Positions 52,927 through 63,216 of a stretch of 64,000 nt of DNA are shown in pieces. The stretch's first letter is position 1, and each line of letters opens with the position of its first letter. The position numbers and the translations under genes were made by a program. Source of the stretch: Zancudomyces culisetae HAW-14-8 (Eukaryota; Fungi; Kickxellomycota); the NCBI GenBank assembly GCA_052426225.1, contig JBNJNM010000021.1:1240001-1304000 (forward strand), given 5' to 3'. Under the pieces are notes generated by a model, which worked only from the letters and a program-made list of their open reading frames with translations, ran no database searches and had not been told where the DNA came from.

Positions 52927-53750
52927 GAGGCCTATACAGTTATAAATACTCAAGTCTAAAGGGGGGGGTAGTGTTATGGTTTTAAATTATATGAAACCTT
53001 TGTCTCCACAGGACAATGTTTCATATAATTTATCAATTATAACCATAACATTTACCGACCTCCACATTATTAATTTAAATGTTTTAGTTATGTTTTAGTT
53101 ATGTTTTAAATTAGTATAATTTTAAAATTATCGTCCCATCATGAAAAGTATATAAGCTATACGATTATCATGATGGAACGATAAGTTTTACAACGAGTTT
53201 AGTTTCGTTTAGTTTATTCACTTATAGTCTAGTTTACTAATAAATATATTTTATCCAAGTCCAGACCTTGACACCATGTCATAAATTTTTGTCAATTTTA
53301 CAGCCAATTTAATAGTTCAAATCGATTTATTTTTTAGTCGAATCGATTTTATACTTTAATAGTGGATTTATTTTTAATCAATTTTATTAGTAAATTATTA
53401 GTATAAATTGAAAAATTTGTAAACTCGACCAAAACCACACTAAAAGTAAAAATAAACATATATAGAGAAGCGTAATACTATTTTTTTAGTGTAAGGAAAG
53501 GGCCATTTTGGCTATATTTTCCAGGTTTTGGGAGGCATACTTTAAATAAAATTATTTTTAACAAAAATTGTGGAAATTGTCCAGTTGTGTTCTTTCCGAG
53601 GGGGTTTTATAGATAGTGGTTAACTGGCTAGAAATGGTAAATCCTGTGTCAGTAATAACCACCCTTCTAGGGAACCGTGATTGATATTAGTGGAAGTTTT
53701 TTGGGAAAATCCTATTGGACTAGTACTAAAAAATGAAAACGAATTCAACA

Positions 53751-54081
53751 GTTATAGAATTTCACAATTCTATCAAACTTTAATATTCTTATTGTATTAT
53801 ATGTTTATTACTAAGTATAATATTTTTGTATTATTGTTCTTTTTAATACTATATATGTTTAACTTAATATTTTGTTAAGATGTGTTTTTTATTTATTACC
53901 AAGTGGGCGGTTGCTTTAACCTCCAGATAATAATATAATTAACGAGTAAATAAAATGGAAAAAACTAACTAAACTATTGGACAAAAACCACAGGGGGAAA
54001 AAGGTCTAATCTCAAAACTATTAACTAAAAACCTAATAAATATATAAAGCTAATTATATAAAATCTTATCTTCATACGAAA
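53751..54081. mobile_element. Degenerate solo LTR, family G copy 1
   Basis: Ends CATACGA(A)A then TTTG; shares GTGGGCG and AAAACCAC.GGGGAAAA blocks with G copy 2. Confidence 0.65.
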
Positions 54082-54632
54082 TTTGTGATTTAGAACTTAC
54101 TAGTTCTAATATTATTTCTTAATATATTTCTCTATCCGTGTAGTATAATATTATGTATTATTTTTTATATGTTTATACTATATTTAACTAATTTTAAATG
54201 TGGTTAAGTGTCAAGATCTGGAGTCAGGAGAGTTATATTTATTATTATTAAAGTTTATTGTATGAATGTATACAAGATACTAGATACTGAATCCAAGACA
54301 GGAAAATTGTACCCTTTTTATACTTTTTTCCAGCCTTGGTTTTTGAACAAAATCACTATGAAAACTGCGGAATAGCTAAAAATGCAAGTTAAAGTAAAAC
54401 GTGTTTGATTACTAATCAAATTGGATTAGTAATCAAACAAAAATCAAACTCGAATGCTAATAAAATTAAACATGTGAAAATTATTACGTAAGAAAAATTA
54501 ATAAATAATGTGAATTTTCGGTAATGTTCTAGAATGTTCCCCAACATTCTAAACATTACTGCGGAATAAAATCAAATGATTCTAGAACGTTTTCGAACAT
54601 TCTAGAATCAGTTCATGACACGACCTCCCCTC

Positions 54633-57600
54633 TTAAGGCTGAGCTCCGTGAAGCATTTGTGGTGGCTTTGGTTTTTCAGGATGGTGACGATGGAATTCAG
54701 TGACAAGATATTTTGCATTTGATAAGTCAGAATATGTTTGCCAGGTACGTTCAGTGTCTGGGTATCCTTTCCAGTGTACCAGGTATTTGACAGTTCTACC
54801 AAATATTTTACTGTCTAGGATTTTCTCAACTTCATATTCTTCTTTACCGTCAATGATCACAGGTGGAAGCGGTTTTGATGGTCTGTCTGGGATCAGATCT
54901 GGTTTACAAGGTTCAAGGAGATTGACGTGGAATACTGGGTGAATCTTCATTGTGTGTGGTAGCTGAAGTTTGTATGATCTTTGTCCAATCTTTTCCAATA
55001 CTTTGAATGGACCAAGTTTCCGATAGTCAAGCTTCTTGCTTGGTCTTTGAGTCCTGATGTTTTTAGTTGAGAGATAGACAAGATCATCAATGTTGAAGTC
55101 AGGTTGTGATGATACTTTTCGGTTGTAGTATTTCTCATGGTCTTCAAGGGCAAGGGAGATGTTAAATTTCAGTTCTTGATGGATATCAGATAGTAGTTTG
55201 GATCTATCAGAGGAAGCAGGATTTAAAACTTGAGTACGAGGGATTATGACTGAGAAGCGTCGATGGAAGCCATAGTTTGCGTAGAAAGGTGTGGTCTTAG
55301 TAGAAGCATGGGATGTGTTGTTGTAGGCGAATTCGGCAATTGGTAACCACTTTGACCAATCAGTTTGTTGGTAATCAATGTAGCACCTGAGATACTGTTC
55401 CAATACTGAGTTTACGCGTTCAGTTTGTCCATCTGTCTGAGGATGGAATGCGGTGGACATTTTCTGTTCAATATTCAGTGATTTCATTAGAGTACGCATG
55501 AATGATGAATTGAAGGTCACACCTCTATCAGATACGATGTCTTTAGGGAGCCCATGTTTGCAGAAGACATGTTGGATAAACAGATCTGCAGTACCTTCAG
55601 CATCAATTTCATTGGTTGTGGGAACAAAATGCGCCATCTTGGTAAGGCGATCCACAAATACACAGATTGCAGTAAAGTTATTGGATGGAGGTAGCTGAGT
55701 GATGAAGTCGACAGAAACAGATGACCAAGGTGAATCAGGAACGGGAAGTGGAGCGAGGTAGCCATATGGTTTATGGCGAGAGGATTTGTTGCGTTGACAG
55801 GTATCGCAACCAGAGATGTAGTCTTTGATATATTTTCTCATGGTTGGCCAGTAAAAGTTGCGAGATACAAGTTCGTACGTCTTTGCATTTCCAAAGTGGC
55901 CGGCAGCAGGGGAATCATGGCATTCAATCAGAATTGTTCTTTTGATGTTGTCGTCTGAGGGGATACAGATTAGTCCATCATAGTGCAGAAGATTGTCAAC
56001 AAGAGCGAACTTTTCATTGGAATCAGGTTTCTTGGATAAGTCAGTGTAAATGGGTCCAAAGTACGTGTCTTTGGGTTGTAGTGACTTGATGTTGTTCATG
56101 AGCGTGGATGACAAAGGTTCAACAGGTGTACTAGTCATGGACTTCAAGAAGATTTCAGGAGGCAGCAAAGTTATTTTGTTTTGGTCAGTACGGGAGTCAC
56201 CCCCCTTCCAAGGTTGGTCTTTCAGAGAAAGAGCATCGGCGGCAGTGTTCTGTTTTCCAGGGCGGTACTTGATGACAAAGTTGAAGTTACTGAGGTATTC
56301 TGACCATCTGACTTGGCGGCGACTAAGATTTCTGGTAGTTGAGAAGTATTCCAAGTTTTTATGGTCGGTAATAACAACGGTTGGGTGTACAGAAAATTCA
56401 AGGTAGTGACGCCAGTGAGCAAAAGCGTCGATAATTGCTAACAGTTCCTTATCATAGATTTGATAATTCACTTCAGCAGGCAGGAGTTTCCGGGAGTAGT
56501 ATGCAACAGGGTGGAGTTGTCCCTCGTTGTCATACTGGCTGCAAATGGCACCTAATGCAAAATCTGATGCATCGGTTTCGATGATACAAGGCTGGTCAGG
56601 ATTGTAGTGAGCTAAGACTGGGTTACTGATCATGGTTTCTTTTAGCAAGGCGAAAGCTTCTTCAGCTTTGGGTGTCCACTGGAATTGGACACCTTTTTTC
56701 AACAAGGCGGTGAGCGGCAGAGATATCTTGGAGTAGTTCAGAATAAACGGCGGTAGAAGTTTGTAAGGCCAAGGAATACCTGAACGTCACGGACACAAGT
56801 TGGTGTCTTCCATTCGGTGACGCTGGATACTTTAGATGGATCCATAGAGATTCCGTTGGGGCCAATTACAAAACCGAGGAACTGTACTGATTGTACATCA
56901 AACTCACATTTCTCTAGCTTGAGGGTGAGATTGTGTTCCTGAAGCTTCTTCAAGACAAGGCAGACGTGGTCATAGTGCTTATCGATATCATCTGAGTAGA
57001 TTAACAGATCATCGATGTACACAACAAGGAATTGATCAATGTATTCACGGAAGAGATCGTTAACAAAGGACTGGAACGTGGCTGGAGCATTCATAAGGCC
57101 AAACGGCATGACCTTATACTCGAAGTGGCCGTAGCGTGTACGAAACGCGGTCTTCCATTCTTCACCAGGCGAGATCCTGATCATGTGGTATGCGGATTTC
57201 ATATCCAGCTTGGTGAATATCTTGGCTTTGCCAAGCCGATCCAAGGTTTCAGAGATGAGTGGCAAGGCTGCACGGTTGGGGACAGTGATCTTATTCAGGG
57301 CTCTATAGTCGACGCACAACCGGAGACTACCATCTTTCTTTTTTACAAATAGGACTGGAGCCCCAGCCGGGGATTCAGAGCGTTGGATAAAACCATTGGC
57401 TAGGTTTTCCTGAATGTAGTCGTACAGGGTCTTTAGTTCCAATTGGGAGAGGTTGTACAATGGGCCATATGGTATCTTTGAGTCAGGAAGCAAAGGAATG
57501 GTATGATCATATGGACGATGTTCAGGCAGTTTGGCAGATTGGGATTCAGAGAAGACAGATTCAAACATTTTATACTTTTCAGGGATTACAGGAGTAACAG

Positions 57601-58249
57601 GGGTTTTAGGATTAGATTCAGAGACAAGACAGAGATTTTCACAAGATTCAGGAGCTACAAGGGATTCAAGATTGTTCACGGTAATTGCACCAGCATAGAC
57701 AGTGTCTGGTGCCTTCAGATGTTCTTTAAACTGGTTTGAGCCCACAAGAGATATGTCTAGGTTGACATGGTTGGGCCCACAAGAAGTCAAGGTACAAGGC
57801 AGATGGACTATGTTCTCAGTCCAGTTGATGTCAGGATTGTGTTGTTGAAGCCAGGAAAGACCAAGGATGATTGGTGAAGATCCAAGGTCTATTTGTTGCA
57901 GATAGATACTTTCGAGATGGTTATCATTGATTTTTAGGGTTACTTGGGAGGCAGAGTTGGATCTAAGCTTTGATCCGTCAGCGAGAGTGATTGTCATTTT
58001 TCTAGATATAGATGGTAGATTGTTTTTTAGAGCAAAGGTGGCGTCAATGAACGAGGACGAAGCACCAGAATCAACCATAGCGTAGGTTTTGATGTGGAGG
58101 TGCTTGAACAAGATGGTTACAGGAATGGTCAAGGTGTTTGGTTTATCAGGAGATTGGGTGTCAGAAACAGGAGTGGTTACAGTGGCGTGGGGACTGGCTA
58201 AGTTGCCCAATAGGTGTCCCTTACTGTCTACTGGGCGGTGTCGTTTTCC
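54633..58249 (-). CDS. Pol of chromovirus 2 (PR-RT-RH-IN-chromodomain); -1 frameshift entry; broken by a 1-nt deletion near 56745
   Basis: VDSGA, YIDD, ETDAS, DDE, YEVEKIL...YLVHWKGY. One missing T turns the expected YRRFILNYS into YRRLF*. Slippery G GAA AAC at 58249-58243. Confidence 0.9.
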
Positions 58250-59448
58250 TGTGTTGGTGTAATGCTGGAGATGTTGTGGCGTTTCTTTGGACAGTTGATG
58301 TTGAAATGGTCATTACCGCCACAATAGAGACAGAGGTTGTTTTCGATACGGTATGCTCTTTGAGCAGGAGTAAGTGGTGGTCTTCTAGTCGATGAAGCGG
58401 TACTGAGATCCATTGGTTGAGGTCCATCACTATTAGCTGGTGGAGTGGTAGATGGTGCAGAAACAGGTGAAGCAAACGGGTTGTAAGCAGTGGGTTTGGG
58501 TGGCATAGTTGCAGTGGGGTTAACTGGAGGTTGACGACGTTGTGGATGGCTGAAGAGGCGGTTGTCGATCTGGATGGCTGTGGAGATCAGGGTATCGATG
58601 TCTTCTATTGGTTCTCTACGGTTGAGTTCTTGGGATACGTTGTACTTGAGACCGGATAGAAACTGTGAGATCAAAGGTGGTTGGTTCCAGTCAATTAACA
58701 TCTGTAGGCGTCTAAACTCGGTGGCATATGCGGCAACGGAAGTGGTTTGGCGGAGTTGGCGGATTGCCCTATCAGCATTCTCAATAGGGTTGGGATCACC
58801 AAAGGCACGAGTGATAGTTTCTTTAAACAGATTGTAGTTGGAGAGGATGGCAGGACGATCAGACTGTGGAAGGTTTGCTTTCATGAGGTAAGGTTCCATG
58901 TAACTGAATGGTGTGCCTGAGAGGTAGGAGATGGCATACAAGACTTTACTTGAGTCTGTGTTGAATTTATCGGGTGAAGCGGCAAAGACGAGAGCAAGCT
59001 GTGAAAAGAAGTTGGAACAGGCGGAGGGTTTTCCTGAAAATGTGTCTGGGTGTCTGACTTTGATACTAGGTTCAGAAGTACTAGCAACTTTGGTGGCACG
59101 GTTTTCAGTTATATAAAGTATGACTTCGTTCCTGAGGGTACTGAGCTGGTCCTGAAGGGATTGGATTTCCAACTGATTGGCCTGTATGGCGCTTTGGGTT
59201 AGCTGGTCTGAATTCTGGATATCGGACTGGAGGTTGTTCATGGAGTCAAGAATGGTCTGGATGGACTTGGTGGTGTCTGCTTTGACCTTGTCATAAATTT
59301 TCTTGGATACTGTGGCAGGGTGTTCCTTGATGGCAGACTCGGCTTTTTCTACTCTTATTAGTAGTTGCTGGAGGGCTTCTTCAACTGCTGGCAGGGTCAC
59401 GGCGGCTTTGTTGAGGAATTCAACTTGTTCTGGGCTAAACGGTTCCAT
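58228..59448 (-). CDS. Gag of chromovirus 2 (406 aa, N-terminal coiled coil)
   Basis: PDTFSGKP, QTTSVAAYATEF, PQPMDL, CLYCGGNDHFNINC. Confidence 0.92.
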   Translation of the reverse strand: MEPFSPEQVEFLNKAAVTLPAVEEALQQLLIRVEKAESAIKEHPATVSKKIYDKVKADTTKSIQTILDSMNNLQSDIQNSDQLTQSAIQANQLEIQSLQDQLSTLRNEVILYITENRATKVASTSEPSIKVRHPDTFSGKPSACSNFFSQLALVFAASPDKFNTDSSKVLYAISYLSGTPFSYMEPYLMKANLPQSDRPAILSNYNLFKETITRAFGDPNPIENADRAIRQLRQTTSVAAYATEFRRLQMLIDWNQPPLISQFLSGLKYNVSQELNRREPIEDIDTLISTAIQIDNRLFSHPQRRQPPVNPTATMPPKPTAYNPFASPVSAPSTTPPANSDGPQPMDLSTASSTRRPPLTPAQRAYRIENNLCLYCGGNDHFNINCPKKRHNISSITPTQENDTAQ

Positions 59449-60141
59449 GGTTAAAATACTTAGGCTGGTGTCAGAAAATAATAAATATAATATTTTGATC
59501 TAGTATAGTGTCAAGATCTGGAGTCAGGAGAGTTATATTTATTATTATTAAAGTTTATTGTATGAATGTATACAAGATACTAGATACTGAATCCAAGACA
59601 GGAAAATTGTACCCTTTTTATACTTTTTTCCAGCCTTGGTTTTTGAACAAAATCACTATGAAAACTGCGGAATAGCTAAAAATGCAAGTTAAAGTAAAAC
59701 GTGTTTGATTACTAATCAAATTGGATTAGTAATCAAACAAAAATCAAACTCGAATGCTAATAAAATTAAACATGTGAAAATTATTACGTAAGAAAAATTA
59801 ATAAATAATGTGAATTTTCGGTAATGTTCTAGAATGTTCCCCAACATTCTAAACATTACTGCGGAATAAAATCAAATGATTCTAGAACGTTTTCGAACAT
59901 TCTAGAATCAGTTCATGACATTAAGATTCATTTTATTCAATTAAGTTGTGGGCGATTGAATTAACCCCCAAATATGTCCTAAATTTTGTGATAACTATAA
60001 TCTAATTTTAAACTATCCTAATTATGAATGTTGAACAAAAACCACGAGGGGAAAAAAAGTCCAATCTAAAAATACTGCTAATTATATAAAATATAAAATT
60101 GGTAGATATATCGTTCCATCGTATTTCTCATACGACATTTG

Positions 60142-61354
60142 TGTTGTCGCATTATTGACAATTTGTACAAGAGTACGCGGATGAGCCTGAAAATGGTACA
60201 CTCAGTACGAAAATGCAAATTTATTTTGTTTATTTTTATTTTTATTTTTTTAATAAATTCAAATAATTTTTGAGCTCAGTATGCAATCAATTTTTCATAC
60301 TGAGCTAGTTCAATAATGATGAATGTAAAATGTAAAATGATCCCATGCATTTTACATTTATCATTAATAACAAACAAATTAAAATAATATTATAACAATA
60401 GTCATATTTTAGTATTTAGTTTTTATGTAGTGGTTTAACATTTGAATAGTATATTTAAGGAGACATATGGATGACATGTGAAAACCTCATTTATGTCTCG
60501 ATACGGAATATTATAACAAAACAATTAAATAAAATTATATATAAAACCAAAAGATATGTTTGCAATAATGTTTTTAAACAGTTGGATTGGAACTGGGGAT
60601 GACTCCAGGAGGGAGTCATACACTTCTACCAGCATGAGCAGGGGCAGCAGCATGGATCAGGATGCAGGGGTATTAAGTCCCCGCACCCTTGGTGAGTTGA
60701 CAGAAAGTGTCCGTCAACTCCAGATCCGTAGGAGCCCGGAAGAAATGTCGGTGAGTACAATTTCACCGACACTGTACAGGGGTATTAGCTCACCCGAGCA
60801 CCCCTCGATGCACGTTGCATTACGCAATAGAAGTGCATCAACCATCAGTGATCGTACCAGAACCGGTATAACACGTGATGGTAGCGCTAATGGAAGTAGT
60901 GATACTTCACACTATGCGACAGTGTTGTATGAAACCTACAACTTAATAATTCATGCTAAATCTACACATTAATATACATTGTTTAAGAACGTTTTTTATA
61001 ATTTTGGTTGTTTATGTTACTTACATTCTTATCGTTGTTCGAGAGTCAAAACGTTTTTCCCACCGGGTTTTTTCATCGTATGACTCTACATATTTACAGT
61101 TTCTCATTTTATGTTAGTAGTATAATTTTATATGCTTATATTTATTTACCTTAACTTTATTTTCTTTTATATAGCACACTAGAGAACCTCTTGTGGAAAA
61201 ACTGGTCTGTTCTTGAAATAAAATCGCTTTATTAAAATACATATAGTATATACTAAAAAAGTAGGCGAACTGGAAATTTATATTAAAAGAATAAACGTCG
61301 ATGAAAAATCTCTTGATAAAATATTAAAAATAAAACTACAGAATTCATACGACA
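60142..61354. mobile_element. Solo LTR I, split a few bp from its end by element J
   Basis: TGTTGTATGAA...TTCATACGACA termini; TTTG on both sides (60138-41 / 61355-58). Confidence 0.7.
60145..60921. mobile_element. 777-bp element J (large solo LTR-like)
   Basis: Perfect 8-bp inverted termini TGTCGCAT/ATGCGACA; 4-bp TSD GTGT (60141-44 / 60922-25). Confidence 0.75.
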
Positions 61355-61358
61355 TTTG

Positions 61359-61744
61359 TGTATATATTATTTATTATTTAAAATATTTTAAACCCGTTAT
61401 GGATAATAAGTGTCTAAACACCTTGCTATTTACTATCAAGAGTGAGTTTAAACTATCTTGTTGCGTAACTAACAATTATAGAGGCGTAGACAGTCTTTTT
61501 TTATATTATACGATTTATTTTGTCCTCTTATAAAATATATATATTATATTAACTTATATCTAAAAATTATCTCTATAAAAAACTGATAACAAAAGGACCT
61601 ATTATCAGAGAAGTCAGATAAAACCCTCTTCAGGAGAAAAGTCCAATCTTCTCACAAGTAAATAATAACTAATAAATAATAAACGAGAAACTGGTATTAC
61701 CTAATATTGTAGTCCAGGGGTAATCACGCCAATTTTATATGACA
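61359..61744 (-). mobile_element. Diverged solo LTR of element C
   Basis: Colinear with 46020-46413, with multiple substitutions and small deletions. Confidence 0.93.
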
Positions 61745-61747
61745 GTC

Positions 61748-62809
61748 TGTTGTATTTGTTTTCATTTTTTAGTACTAGTCCAATAGGATTTTCCCAAAAA
61801 ACTTCCACTAATATCAATCACGTTTCCCTAGAAGGGTGGTTATTACTGTCACAGGATTTACCATTTCTAGCCAGTTAACCACTATCTATAATACCCCCTC
61901 GGAAAGAACACAACTGGACAATTTCCACAATTTTTGTTAAAAATAATTTTATTTAAAGTATGCCTCCCAAAACCTGGAAAATATAGCCAAAATGGCCTTT
62001 TTCTTACACTAAGAAAATAGCATTACGCCACTCTATATATGTTTATTTTTACTTTTAGTGTGGTTTTGGTCGAGTTTACAAATTTTTCAATTTATACTAA
62101 TAATTTACTACTAAAATTGATTAATAATAAATCCCTATTAAATTATGAAATCGATTCGACTAAAAAATAAATCGATTTGAACTATTAAATTCGCTGTAAA
62201 ATTGACAAAAATTTATGATATGTGTTATAGCTTGATTTATTTTATTAATAATAACTTGATTTAAGAAAAATATTAACTTTATTAAACTAAAGAGAATATT
62301 TTTCACTGACGATTTCCACAACGAAATTCGTTGGGTTTATTACTTTTTCGTCAGCGAAAATTTCATGAATTAAAACCAAGGTCGCAAGACCTTGTTTATC
62401 GAAGAAAAAATATTTTCTTACTTCGATAAACATTCAAGGAGTTTGACACTTGATTAGTTTCATGATTTTCAATGTTGGGGTTTAGTTCAACATTGTGTTG
62501 TTTTGGTTTATGTAAAATATAAACAGTTACTAAAAATCGAATTGGTAATAAATTAATTTATTGATTACCTTATCAATTTATGTAACTTTACTAAAATGGA
62601 AATTCAACTTACTAATTTAATTAAACTAAAATATAAAAAAAAGTAACTAATGCAAAATTTATAGAACTACGTTCTATTCATAACAACATGGTCATAATTT
62701 TTGTACTCTAAATTGAATTGCGCAGGGAACAATTTTTTCAAAATTGATTTCTCTGCTATTTTGCTGCAATGAAAGCGGTAAATTTAAGTTGATGCTTTTG
62801 TATACAACA
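61748..62809. mobile_element. Solo LTR, family F copy 2 (inverted relative to copy 1), split by solo LTR K
   Basis: Reverse-complement match to 53279-53750 and 47927-48048. Confidence 0.88.
62223..62685. mobile_element. Solo LTR K (5-bp TSD class)
   Basis: TGTTAT...ATAACA termini; flanks ATATG / ACATG; interrupts F copy 2 exactly. Confidence 0.8.
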
Positions 62810-62813
62810 TTGT

Positions 62814-63216
62814 TGTCGTATTAGTTTTTATAGCTATGTATGGGCACTTTTTCATACTGGGTTTTTCCCCATACATTTGTTTAATTCTTAGTATTAATAT
62901 TGTTTAATTTTATTAACGCATTTATATGTTTCAAAATAAATCAGCGTATTTTATCATGCGGATAAATTACACAAAAACCACGTGTGTTTAACACGGGGTA
63001 ACGATACTGTTTTGAGTGAACTGTTAACTTGATAAAAAATGTAGGGGTAGAAAAGATAAACAACGCATGAATAAATAAAACATGTTTGAACAACAGAAGA
63101 ATATGTTAATGATTTCAAAACAATGTTAACATACACAAATATTATAGAAACCCCAACTTTATTTTACTTATAAAGAAAGAAGTACTAACTTTAAAAAATA
63201 TCTTATTACTAATATA
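62814..63216 (+). mobile_element. Diverged solo LTR of element B, interrupted by a Tc1 element
   Basis: Colinear with 35598-36000 with many substitutions; similarity stops at TA|CAGTG. Confidence 0.9.

Larger units (their letters stand above)
48049..53273 (+). mobile_element. Full-length chromovirus 1 (Ty3/Gypsy, Tf1/sushi-like)
   Basis: 302-bp LTRs at 48049-48350 and 52972-53273 with no difference seen; 5-bp TSD CCATG; PPT AAAGGGGGGGGTAG; no tRNA PBS. Confidence 0.97.
47927..53750. mobile_element. Solo LTR, family F copy 1 (47927-48048 + 53279-53750), split by chromovirus 1
   Basis: Both pieces match the reverse complement of 61748-62809; TGTTG...CAACA ends. Confidence 0.88.
54209..59920 (-). 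mobile_element. Full-length chromovirus 2
   Basis: 412-bp LTRs at 54209-54620 and 59509-59920 with no difference seen; 5-bp TSD TTAAG; PPT AAGAGGGGAGG; no tRNA PBS. Confidence 0.97.
54086..60137. mobile_element. Solo LTR, family G copy 2 (54086-54208 + 59926-60137), split by chromovirus 2
   Basis: TG...CATACGACA; TTTG on both sides (54082-85 / 60138-41). Confidence 0.7.
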
